Position numbers and translations under genes: made by a program. Shown here one piece after another: positions 45,189-53,998 of a DNA stretch of 64,000 nt. A model generated the notes under the pieces. It saw only the letters and a program-made list of their open reading frames with translations, was not told the DNA's origin and ran no database searches. Within the stretch, counting starts at the first letter, position 1; every line of letters begins with the position of its first letter. The DNA is taken from positions 1,596-65,595 of the forward strand of contig CAVDSY010000025.1 in assembly GCA_963611815.1 (NCBI GenBank). The letters are read 5' to 3'. This DNA is from a bacterium. GTDB taxonomy: Bacteria > Bacillota_I > Bacilli_A > RFN20 > CAG-826.

Positions 45189-46202
45189 TTATTTATCTCC
45201 TAAATAGTAATCAAAGCATTCTTTCGTCGATGGATTATCAATCTTGTAGCCTTTTCCCGTCAAGTAAGCGCGATTCTCCATCAGGACGATGCGGAAGCCT
45301 TTTTCATAGTCTTTTTTGCAGGCTTCTATCATCCAGGAGGAATCGTATCCCCTCAGCGGGTCTATCTTGTCGGCAGCGTACACGATTTTCGCGTATGGGC
45401 TCATATCGGCTCTTCCTGTCGCGTGGCAGTAAATGGCCTCATAGGCAAAGGTAAGGTCGATCCCGAACTCTTTTTGGAGAAGATAGGCCCCGACGAATTG
45501 GTGATATGACCATTCTGGATGGGTCTTTAGTTCCCCCGGGAAGTGCTCTTCCATTATTTCGAGCGTCTTTCCCCTGCTGCAATGCTTTCCGCAGTCATGC
45601 AGAAGCCCAGCGATATAGGCTATTTCAGGCCGGGCGATGTTATTCGCAAGAGCTATCTCATAGGAAAGCCGGGCAACGGAAACGCTGTGATCCAGGCGAT
45701 GCTCGCTGCCTAGAAGCTGCGCCAGATGCCCGACGCAATAAAGCCTGTTGTCCTCGATGTAGCGCCTTTCTTCGTCATTGGCGAGGAAAGAGGCGAAAGA
45801 GCGGATGCTTTCTTGCGAGGGAACCAGCTTTTTTATTTTCATCTCGCTAGCGCGAAAACAAGGATTGTTTGGATCTTCCTCCAAAACATCGTCGGCGCTG
45901 ATGAGCGGGCGCCTATTAGCGGGGAATCCGAAACGGAGTTCCTCAAAAAGCTCCTCTGGTTTTCTTTTCAGGGCATCTTCATCGATGGAGAAAGCCGGAT
46001 TCGCCCCCTTTAGGGCGATTCTAAGCATCTCTAGCCTCTGCTCGTCGCTGGAATGGACGTTGATCGCCGAGAGAGAAGGAAGGGGGCGGAAAACGATAGG
46101 GCGCTTGGTGCGCTGGAATTCCTTTTCCGCCAGGGCAAGATGCCCTTGTTGGACCGGATCGAAAAAGCCGTAGAAAAAAATCGGCTTCAAGCTTCTGCTC
46201 AT
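45189..46202 (-). CDS. Fusion: NadD-like nucleotidyltransferase domain + YqeK HD-domain phosphohydrolase
   Basis: N-terminus IFFYGFFDPVQQGHLALAE aligns to the NadD GGTFDPxHxGH motif, and RLEMLRIAL is NadD-like. The C-terminal half carries the YqeK HD motifs (HSVSVA, GLLHDCGK). Start taken at ATG 46202, abutting the yhbY stop. Confidence 0.8.
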   Translation of the reverse strand: MSRSLKPIFFYGFFDPVQQGHLALAEKEFQRTKRPIVFRPLPSLSAINVHSSDEQRLEMLRIALKGANPAFSIDEDALKRKPEELFEELRFGFPANRRPLISADDVLEEDPNNPCFRASEMKIKKLVPSQESIRSFASFLANDEERRYIEDNRLYCVGHLAQLLGSEHRLDHSVSVARLSYEIALANNIARPEIAYIAGLLHDCGKHCSRGKTLEIMEEHFPGELKTHPEWSYHQFVGAYLLQKEFGIDLTFAYEAIYCHATGRADMSPYAKIVYAADKIDPLRGYDSSWMIEACKKDYEKGFRIVLMENRAYLTGKGYKIDNPSTKECFDYYLGDK

Positions 46203-46203
46203 T

Positions 46204-46497
46204 TTATTGGGGCAAGACGATCTTCGGCGCCTTGCTGGATTTTCTATAGAGAACAACGACGTGGCCGATTACCTGAACGAGTTCGCAGCCGGTTTTCGAG
46301 GAAAGGATCTCCCCCACGTCTTTCGCGCTCATCGGGCAATTGGAGTTGAGGCCAACTTTGATGAGCTCTTTGGCCTCCAAAGCGGCATCGATCTGCGCGA
46401 GGAAGGCATCGTCAATCTCCCCTTTGCCGAGAAGATAACGATGGCTGATGTTGTTAGCGAGCCCCTTTAAATAGCGTTTCTGGTTTCCTTTTAGCAT
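46204..46497 (-). CDS. yhbY: RNA-binding protein YhbY/YqeI (CRM domain)
   Basis: MLKGNQKRYLKGLA...IGKGEI...ELIKV...G is typical of YhbY. Located in the yqeG-H-I-nadD cluster. Confidence 0.85.
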   Translation of the reverse strand: MLKGNQKRYLKGLANNISHRYLLGKGEIDDAFLAQIDAALEAKELIKVGLNSNCPMSAKDVGEILSSKTGCELVQVIGHVVVLYRKSSKAPKIVLPQ

Positions 46498-46506
46498 GGT
46501 TTCTCC

Positions 46507-47661
46507 TTAAATTGGCTTTGAGATTTTAGCGCGCGAGGTGTAGAGGGCAACACCTTTCCGCAGATAGATGCGGAAGGTTTGGCCATTACCAAGGAAACTG
46601 ACCCAGCCTAGGCCCTCAATGCCGATGTCCCTTTGCTCTTTCTCCTCGACTTTGAGGTCGAAGACGTCAGCGTCGTTTGCGGAGAAAGGCAGTCGCTTGG
46701 TTTCCTCGCCTTTCCCGAACTGCTTCATGAGTTTCATCATCACCTGTTCCGCGTTGCCGGCTTTCTTCTTTTCGACTTTGACCTCCTTTGAGGCATAGAC
46801 GGCGATCTTCGTTCGCTCCCCACCAAGGAGATCGATGCGCGCGAGATGCTCCTCGAAGAACAGCCCTTCGCCTGGGATCAGCGCGAACGAGCGCGGCTTT
46901 ATCTCCTCCCTAGGGAGCAAGGAAACGGCGGTAAGGGAATCAACGTGGGCGACCATCGAGTTCTCGATGCTCGTCCCAGGAGTGTCAAACAGAGAGGAGG
47001 AGGAATCTAGAGGGACATTAAGGACTCTCAAGGACGTGCCAGGATAATTCGAAGAGACGATCGAGCGCGTCGAGGGATTGACGAACGTTCTAAGGAAGGC
47101 GTTGACGAATACGCTTTTGCCGGAAGAAGCGGCGCCGATTACATAAACGTCGTGCCCTCTCCTTTCCTTTTGGATGCGTTCGGCGATGGCTTTAACGTCG
47201 CTAGCGAATTGGAGGGAGACCAGTTCCACGTTGTCTGGCTGCACGTTAAGCCTCTCTTTGCGAAAACGATGGGCGACGTAGTCTTTGAGGCCATTGTCGT
47301 CAGCGCTTGACGGGAGAAGGTCGCGCTTATTGGCAAGAACGAGGATATTGAGACCCTGCAAAAGTTCATTGGCTTCTTCGATGAAACTCGTCTCGAACGA
47401 GAAAAGGTCCACCACATACACAATCATCGCGTCACTAGCCTGGGCATCTTTGAGCATCGTGATGAAATCATCCGACGCTTTAACTGTCTTTGGCGAGAGG
47501 TTGTAGCGGGTGCTCTTCCAGCAAGGCTCGCAGAAAAGGGGAGAGGCGATTGGGGTCTCATCAAGAAGTTTTTTCTCGATGAAGCCAGGAGCCTCCGGAT
47601 CGTCGCTTTGGAGGATTGCCCCGCAGCTGTAGCAACGTCTGACAACGCTGAATTCGCTCAT
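46507..47661 (-). CDS. yqeH: Ribosome-biogenesis GTPase YqeH
   Basis: N-terminal Zn-finger CysxxCys...CxxC and a circularly permuted G domain (NKRDL ... GAASSGKS). ATG 47661 forms an ATGA overlap with the yqeG stop, with GGAGGA SD. Confidence 0.9.
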   Translation of the reverse strand: MSEFSVVRRCYSCGAILQSDDPEAPGFIEKKLLDETPIASPLFCEPCWKSTRYNLSPKTVKASDDFITMLKDAQASDAMIVYVVDLFSFETSFIEEANELLQGLNILVLANKRDLLPSSADDNGLKDYVAHRFRKERLNVQPDNVELVSLQFASDVKAIAERIQKERRGHDVYVIGAASSGKSVFVNAFLRTFVNPSTRSIVSSNYPGTSLRVLNVPLDSSSSLFDTPGTSIENSMVAHVDSLTAVSLLPREEIKPRSFALIPGEGLFFEEHLARIDLLGGERTKIAVYASKEVKVEKKKAGNAEQVMMKLMKQFGKGEETKRLPFSANDADVFDLKVEEKEQRDIGIEGLGWVSFLGNGQTFRIYLRKGVALYTSRAKISKPI

Positions 47662-48182
47662 AAGATTTCCTCCCAGGGTTTGGCTAGCCCCAATTTCTTT
47701 ATCTTCTTCCGCTTTGGGCGGTCGAAAAGCCTGTTGAATTTCGTCCACGGCGGCTCATGCGGATCAAGTGGGTCAGTGAGTATGCAGCGCACGCCGGCGC
47801 CGTTGCAGGCCGTCACGTCGGTCATTATCTGATCGCCGACCATAACGCACTCATTCGGGTTTAAGTCTTTTGCCATTAGAAATCTTTTTAGAGGCCCAGA
47901 GAATGGTTTGCGCATCAAGCTTGCGTGCTCAATGCCAAGCTCCTTGGCGAAAAGCCCGACTCGTTTTCCGGTGTTGTTGGAAAGTATATAGACGGAAAGC
48001 CCATTCTCTTTGGCTTGTTTCGCCCATTTTTTGGCATCTTCGCCCGGGGTGGCGCGGGCATAAGGGGCCAAAGTGTTGTCCAAATCAAGGAAAATGGTTT
48101 TGAAGCCTTTCCCTAGATAAAAAGAAAAAGGTATCTCGTAAAGCGTTTTTGCCAAGGCATAGGGAATGCGTTTCTTTAACAT
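47658..48182 (-). CDS. yqeG: HAD-family phosphatase YqeG
   Basis: DLDNTL (HAD motif I), SNN, GDQIMTD. Start ATG 48182; GTG 48188 is also possible. Confidence 0.85.
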   Translation of the reverse strand: MLKKRIPYALAKTLYEIPFSFYLGKGFKTIFLDLDNTLAPYARATPGEDAKKWAKQAKENGLSVYILSNNTGKRVGLFAKELGIEHASLMRKPFSGPLKRFLMAKDLNPNECVMVGDQIMTDVTACNGAGVRCILTDPLDPHEPPWTKFNRLFDRPKRKKIKKLGLAKPWEEIL

Positions 48183-48291
48183 TGCCACTATTTTACCCTA
48201 TTTAAGCTGCATAAGGAAGTTTGCTCTTCATGACATCTCAATCAATTATCAAAAACAGCAAATTTGAATTTATGTAGACGATAACGAAATA

Positions 48292-48301
48292 AAAACTACT
48301 A
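48292..48301 (-). repeat. TAGTAGTTTT motif copy d (minus strand TTACTAGTAGTTTTTATTT)
   Basis: Plus strand AAAACTACTA, 23 nt downstream of the parC stop in the direction of transcription. Confidence 0.9.
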
Positions 48302-48324
48302 GTAAATAACCAATATCTTACCAG

Positions 48325-50928
48325 TTAATCCTCATCGCCGAATATTGAAATCTGCTCGAATCTTTCGGCTGGACGCTCAATGTCATCGGTCTCAGGAAGG
48401 GCTTCTTCCGCCTCTTCTTCAACGGCTGGAGCATAGGAGACTATGCTCTCGTCGATGTAATCTTTCGCGCGGCGATTGACCGAAGAGACGTTGACCTTCT
48501 TTGGGAAAGAATCGTCACGCTTGGCGTATTTCTCCATTGGCGTGAGGTTCCAACTTGGCAGGTTCAAATCGAAGCGGCTGCCGTCGCTGAGATTGAGATT
48601 TAAGACGAAGGGTGTGGGTTTGTTTGCGACGCGGTCTGCAAAAACCGTCATATGTGGCTCGCTCTTGAATGATTTGTAGAGGATCGTGGCTTTGCTCAAA
48701 CGCTCGCCCTCCGGGATATTGGACAAAGAGACCACTCTGGCGTTTCCCAAGTCGGTGATAACGAAGAATTTCTCGGAAGATTCATCGGGTCCAAAGGAAA
48801 GAAGCGACACTGCTTTGTTTCCTTTGAAAGCGGCCGCCTTGACGCCGGAACTCACTCCGACGTTGGTGGGAACCTGGCTTTCGTTGTAGCGGGCGCATTG
48901 CCCGATTTCGGAGACGAGAAGCAAAGTCGAATTGCCTGAGGTCAAAGCCACATCCGCCACTTCATCATCGCGCAGGAGGCGCATGATGCGGATTGGCCTG
49001 TTGAAACGCGTCACCGGGAAGTCGCTCAAACGGGCGCGCTTGATCTGCCCAAGTTTGGAGAGGATCGCGAAATAAAGGTCTTCGCGGAAGGTTTTGACGG
49101 TGAAAGCCCTCACGAGTTTCTCCCCTTCCGCCAAAGAGATGGCGCTGTTGACGTGAACGCCTTCATCCAGCCATTTGTTGGCCTTAAGAAGATGAATGGG
49201 CGCGTAGAGGTAATTCCCTAGGTTCGTGAAAGCGACGAGGAAATCGGTGGTGAGGCAGTTTCCTTCGTATATCAGGGCATCCCCCGCTTTCAGCCCAGGC
49301 ATCGCGCCAGTCAATCCGCCGGAGCTTCTCCAAGAAGCCAAAGAGCTGCGTTTGACATAGCCATCGCGACTCACGGTTAGGATGACTTCCTCTTTGGCAA
49401 TGAGGTCCCTCTTGTCGACCGATGTGAGATTCTCTTTCTCCTCGGTGATCTGCGTGCGACGGTCATCGCCATAATTCTTCGCGATGAGGCGGAGGTCTTC
49501 GATGATAAGGGAATTTCTTTTGTCGGGATTGGCAAGGACGGCCTTGAGCTCGGCTATCTCCGCTTGCAAGGCATCTCTTTCCTGTTCAAGTGTCGTGATG
49601 TCGGTATGGGAGAGCTTGTAGAGAGGCATCTCCACGATGGCTTTGGCTTGGGGTTGGGTGAAGGCGAAGTTCGCCATGAGGTTATTCATGGAATCGGCCT
49701 TGTCCAAGGAGGCACGGATGGTGGCCACGACTTCATTGATTATCGAGTAAGCCTTGATGAGGCCCAGAACGATTTCTAGGCGGTCCTCGTCTTTCTTGAG
49801 GTCGAATTTCGTCCGCCTGGTGATGACCTCGATCTGGTGGGCGATGTATGTATCGCAATACGAGGCGAGGTTCAGCGTCTGCGGGCGCCCGTCGACAATC
49901 GCGACCATATTGGCGCTGTAGCCCGTCTTGAGCTGAGTCTTGCCCATGAGATAAGCCAGCACCGCATCGGCCTTGAAGCCTTTGCGGATATCGACGACGA
50001 TGCGCGTCCCGTCTTTATCCGACTCGTCCCTGACTTCCTCGATGCCGTCGATCTTCTTGTCGTGGCGGATCTCATCGATGGAGCGCACGAGGGCGCTTTT
50101 TACGACGCCATAAGGTATTTCCGTGATTATAATCTGGGCCGTCTGGTCGATATTCTCATTGATGTGATAGCAAGAAACGACGTCGATCCTCCCCTTGCCT
50201 TTCAGATAGATGTCTTTGAGGCCCTGCGACTCATAGATGATGCCGCCGGTAGGGAAATCTGGTCCCGGGATATAAGCCATAAGGCTTTCGATTGGGCAGC
50301 GCGGATGCTTGATGCGATGAACGATGGCTTGGCAGACCTCTTTGAGATTATGGGGCGGGATCTCGGTGGCAATGCCGACCGCGATGCCGGTTGAACCGTT
50401 GACGAAAAGATTCGGGAAGCGGCTTGGAAGGACGCTTGGTTCGAACTCGGTGTCGTCGAAGGTGAGCTCCATATCGACCGTGTCCTTGCCGATGTCGCGC
50501 ACCATCTCATTGGCGACAGCTGCTAGCCTAGCCTCGGTGTAACGATAAGCGGCAGGCCCGTCACCGTCGACTGAGCCGTTGTTTCCTTGGAAATCGATCA
50601 AAGGCAGGCGCATGGCCCACTTTTGCGACATGTGGACGAGCGCGCCGTAAATAGAAGAATCGCCGTGCGGGTGGTATTTGCCCATGACCTCGCCGACGAT
50701 GTGGGCGCACTTCTTCGTCGGGCGGTCGATGGTGTTGTGAGTGTTGTACATCGCGTAGATGATGCGACGCTGAACGGGCTTCAGGCCGTCTCTGGCATCC
50801 GGGATGGCGCGATCTTGGATGACGTCTTTGGCGTAGACGTCGAAACGATCGCCCATCAGCTCATCAAGCGTGCTTGGTTCGATGTTCTCGATTATCGTTT
50901 CGCTTTCGGTCTTCTTGCGGGCGCTCAT
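48325..50928 (-). CDS. parC: DNA topoisomerase IV subunit A
   Basis: AIPDARDGLKPVQRRI and catalytic Tyr in AAYRYTEARL. The C-terminal domain has no canonical GyrA box (QRRGGKG). The plsY/parE-parC synteny matches Bacillus. Confidence 0.85.
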   Translation of the reverse strand: MSARKKTESETIIENIEPSTLDELMGDRFDVYAKDVIQDRAIPDARDGLKPVQRRIIYAMYNTHNTIDRPTKKCAHIVGEVMGKYHPHGDSSIYGALVHMSQKWAMRLPLIDFQGNNGSVDGDGPAAYRYTEARLAAVANEMVRDIGKDTVDMELTFDDTEFEPSVLPSRFPNLFVNGSTGIAVGIATEIPPHNLKEVCQAIVHRIKHPRCPIESLMAYIPGPDFPTGGIIYESQGLKDIYLKGKGRIDVVSCYHINENIDQTAQIIITEIPYGVVKSALVRSIDEIRHDKKIDGIEEVRDESDKDGTRIVVDIRKGFKADAVLAYLMGKTQLKTGYSANMVAIVDGRPQTLNLASYCDTYIAHQIEVITRRTKFDLKKDEDRLEIVLGLIKAYSIINEVVATIRASLDKADSMNNLMANFAFTQPQAKAIVEMPLYKLSHTDITTLEQERDALQAEIAELKAVLANPDKRNSLIIEDLRLIAKNYGDDRRTQITEEKENLTSVDKRDLIAKEEVILTVSRDGYVKRSSLASWRSSGGLTGAMPGLKAGDALIYEGNCLTTDFLVAFTNLGNYLYAPIHLLKANKWLDEGVHVNSAISLAEGEKLVRAFTVKTFREDLYFAILSKLGQIKRARLSDFPVTRFNRPIRIMRLLRDDEVADVALTSGNSTLLLVSEIGQCARYNESQVPTNVGVSSGVKAAAFKGNKAVSLLSFGPDESSEKFFVITDLGNARVVSLSNIPEGERLSKATILYKSFKSEPHMTVFADRVANKPTPFVLNLNLSDGSRFDLNLPSWNLTPMEKYAKRDDSFPKKVNVSSVNRRAKDYIDESIVSYAPAVEEEAEEALPETDDIERPAERFEQISIFGDED

Positions 50929-52888
50929 TTCTTGACCTCCTTCAAGAAGGTGTCTTCTTCGTTGAATTGGATGTTCTGCTCAATCCATTCCCTTCTCTTG
51001 CTCGCGTCGCTGCCCATGAGGACGGAGATGCGGTTCTCGACGACGAGGGGATCGTCGATGCGGACGCGCAGAAGCCTTCTGGTCTTCTTGTTCATGGTCG
51101 TGTTGTAAAGCTGATCGGCGTTCATTTCGCCGAGCCCTTTATAGCGCGATATGGAATAGCCGGGCCCGACCTTCTCTTTGGCCTCGGCGAGGGTCTTGTC
51201 ATCCCAGGCATAGACGATATGGCTCTTGTCGTTCTTTTTGAAGACGCCGTAAAGCGGCGGGCAGGCGATGTAGACCATCCCGTTGGTGATGAGGGGCTTC
51301 ATGTAATTGTAAAAGAAAGTGAGCAGAAGGATTTGGATGTGGGCGCCGTCGGTATCGGCATCGGTCATGATGATGATCTTTCCGTAATGGGATTCAGAGG
51401 CGTCAAAATCCGGGCCCACCCCCGCTCCTATAGTCTGAATGATCGTGGAGAATTCGACGTTGGCTTTCATTCTCTCCATGGTGATCGAATCGGTGTTGAG
51501 CGGCTTGCCACGGAGGGGCAAAATGGCCTGATGCAGCCTGTCTCTGCCCGTTTTGGCGCTGCCGCCTGCGGAATCGCCCTCGACGATGAAGAGCTCATTC
51601 TCGGCGTAGTCCTTGCTTTGGGCGGCGGCGAGCTTATCGCTAATCACCGCGTCGACTTTCTTGGTTTTGCCGCTTCTGGCCGCCTCTTTGGCTTTCCTGG
51701 CCGCCTCCCTCGCTTGCTTGGAGGCGCTGCACTTATGAACCAAATCAATCGCGAAGGCCTTGTGCTCGGCTAGGTAGTACATGAGGTTCGTATACACGAA
51801 ATCGTTCATGAGCGGGGTGACTTCGGCGGTATCGAGCTTGGCCTTGGTCTGCGACTCGTATTGGAGGATGTTCTCCGGGATCTGAACCGAAATGACGACG
51901 GTCAGGCCCTCGCGGACGTCGTTGCCTTCGAGCTTCTGCGATTCTTTTATGAGACCGTTTTGGATCGCCCAGTCGTTGACTGCGCGGGTCAGGCCCGCCT
52001 TGAAGCCGGTCTCATGCGATCCTCCGTCATGGGTTCGGACGTTGTTGGCATAAGAAATTAGGTTATCGTTGTAGTCTTTGACGCACCACTGCATCGCCAC
52101 TTCCATCCGGATGGGGTTGGCGGTGGTCTTGACGTTTTTGGAATCGCTAAAAGCGAGGATGTCCCCCAAAGGGCTCTTGTGCTCGTTCAAAGAGGCAACG
52201 TATTCCTTCAGTCCGTCTTTATAGAAGAACTCAACGGATTGCCCTGAGCGTTCGTCCTTCAGCACGAAATGGATGCTGCGAAGAAGGAAGGCTTCCTCGC
52301 GAAGGTGGTTATAAACGGTGTCCCACTTGAACTCCGTGGTCGAGAAAATGGATTTGTCGGGCTTGAAACGCACGAGAGTCCCGTGCTTCCTGGTGGTCCC
52401 AATCTGTTCAAGCGGAACGGTTAAATGGCCGCCATTCTCCCAGCGGATGTGATAGACGGAGCCTTGGCGGAAGACCGTGACGTCAAGATATTCGGAAAGA
52501 GCGTTGGTGACTGTGGCTCCGACGCCATGGAGCCCAGCGGCTGTTTGGTAGGCCTTGTCGGAGAATTTGCCTCCCGCGTGGAGCTTGGTGTAAATAATTT
52601 CGATGGCCGGTTTGCCGGTCGCTTTGTGCATATCTACCGGAACACCCCTGCCCTCATCTTCGACGGAGACGGACCCGTCTTTGTTCAAAGTGACGTAGAT
52701 ATGGTCTCCGAAGCCGTTTGCGGCCTCGTCGACGCCGTTGTCCACTATTTCCCAAATTAGATGGTGAAGGCCGGAGGAATTGGTGGCGCCGATGTACATG
52801 CCTGGGCGCTTTCTCACGCCTTCCATCTCAGAAAGGACCTCAATGTTCTTGGCGGTATATAGTTGTTCAGCTTTTTCGATGTCTGCCA
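50925..52888 (-). CDS. parE: DNA topoisomerase IV subunit B
   Basis: GHKL ATPase (GLHHLIWEIVDNGVDEA), Toprim EGDSAGG, PLRGK. Start taken at ATG 52888 (MADIEK...); the track starts at TTG 52904. No clear SD for either. Confidence 0.85.
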
Positions 52889-52933
52889 TGTCGCTAATAT
52901 TCAAAAAAAGATATGTCCGATGGACCAGGAAGG

Positions 52934-52939
52934 ATTATA
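52934..52939 (-). promoter_or_regulatory. -10 box candidate for parE
   Basis: Minus strand TTGTATAATCC has a perfect TATAAT. No convincing -35. Confidence 0.4.
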
Positions 52940-52975
52940 CAACCGAAATTTGAGGAAGACTATGCGCATTTTCCG

Positions 52976-52981
52976 TATAAT
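52976..52981 (+). promoter_or_regulatory. -10 box candidate for plsY (divergent from parE)
   Basis: Perfect TATAAT 23 nt before the plsY ATG. AGAGGA SD follows. Confidence 0.45.
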
Positions 52982-53004
52982 AGGGCCCGGAAAAGAGGAC
53001 ATTT

Positions 53005-53760
53005 ATGGAAATCGTTTGGATTAATATCGGCGTATGCGTCATCAGCTTGCTGATTGGTTATTTTTTCGGCTCGATCCCCACTGGGGTGATTATCGGCAAA
53101 GCCTTCTTCCACAAAGACCCACGCAATTATTACTCCCACAATTCAGGCGGCACCAACACAGGGCGCGTTTTGGGCAAAAAGATCGGCGTGCTCGTTATCA
53201 TTCTGGACATGATCAAGACGGCTTTGCCGATTTACGCGATATGGGCGACGCTGACTTTCTCCTCGCTGCGGTCCTACATGGTTTGGAACAACGGTTACGA
53301 TGCCGCCCCTCTATACTATTGGATGGCTGGTCTCGCGGCAGCGATTGGCCACTGCTGGCCGATTTACCTTAAATTCAGAGGCGGGAAGGCCGTCTCCTGC
53401 TACATGGGGACGAACGTTCTGACGAGCTGGGTCGAATTTTGCTTCGCAGGTTTCACTTATCTCTTCGTCGCTGGCAAAAAGAAAATCATCTCGCTGGCTT
53501 CTATCACAACATCAATTGTCGGAACCGTGACGGCATGGGTTATGTTTATCCTCTCCTTGACGATTAAGACAACGCCCGCTTTCGATCTTTTCTACTCTTG
53601 GGGATTTGGGTTCCTGCCATTGTTCCATTTTGGTTGGGAATTCGCTTTGGTTGACACTTTGATTGCGCCGCTTCTTATTTTCCGTCATAAAGCCAACATC
53701 CAAAGACTAAGAAACGGAACAGAAGCTAAGACAACTGATAAACTAGAAAAGATTCAGTAA
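53005..53760 (+). CDS. plsY: Glycerol-3-phosphate acyltransferase PlsY
   Basis: GSIPTGVIIGK, SGGTNTGR, HCWPIYLKFRGGKAV, FRHKANIQRLRNGTE. Confidence 0.9.
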   Translation: MEIVWINIGVCVISLLIGYFFGSIPTGVIIGKAFFHKDPRNYYSHNSGGTNTGRVLGKKIGVLVIILDMIKTALPIYAIWATLTFSSLRSYMVWNNGYDAAPLYYWMAGLAAAIGHCWPIYLKFRGGKAVSCYMGTNVLTSWVEFCFAGFTYLFVAGKKKIISLASITTSIVGTVTAWVMFILSLTIKTTPAFDLFYSWGFGFLPLFHFGWEFALVDTLIAPLLIFRHKANIQRLRNGTEAKTTDKLEKIQ

Positions 53761-53765
53761 TTATT

Positions 53766-53775
53766 TAGTAGTTTT
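53766..53775 (+). repeat. TAGTAGTTTT motif copy e
   Basis: TTATTTAGTAGTTTTAATT begins 1 nt after the plsY stop and lies directly upstream of the plsY terminator hairpin. Confidence 0.9.
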
Positions 53776-53782
53776 AATTTAA

Positions 53783-53813
53783 GTGGAAACTATTCATTTG
53801 GTTTCCACTTTTT
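53783..53813 (+). terminator. Intrinsic terminator after plsY
   Basis: GTGGAAAC(53783-53790)/GTTTCCAC(53801-53808) stem followed by TTTTT. Confidence 0.85.
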
Positions 53814-53947
53814 AAATAAAAATTTCGATGTTAGGCTTATTTTTAAATGACAAATTTTGTGCAATATTGCTTTTTCTCGTTAATTTTTTAAAAAAAGGTA
53901 TTTGAAAATTTACGCTTTCCTTTTCCCTTGGGAAATATTGTGAACAT

Positions 53948-53975
53948 TAAAAAAGACGGGAATTCCCGTCTTTTA
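53948..53975 (-). terminator. Intrinsic (bidirectional) terminator after fakA
   Basis: GACGGG-AATT-CCCGTC stem-loop flanked by an A-run and a T-run. Confidence 0.85.
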
Positions 53976-53998
53976 GAATGACATTTTCGTTGAAACGA

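Noticed and set aside
50438-50445. GGTTCGAA (tRNA T-arm-like) sequence
   Set aside because: It lies inside the parC coding frame and has no surrounding acceptor, D-arm or anticodon-arm complementarity.
48325-52904. Calling the type II topoisomerase pair gyrB/gyrA
   Set aside because: The C-terminal domain of the A subunit lacks a recognisable GyrA box (it reads WRSSGGLTGAMPG). The pair is divergent from plsY, as parE-parC is in Bacillus, rather than next to dnaA/dnaN/recF. I therefore call it topoisomerase IV, though by-eye discrimination is not absolute.
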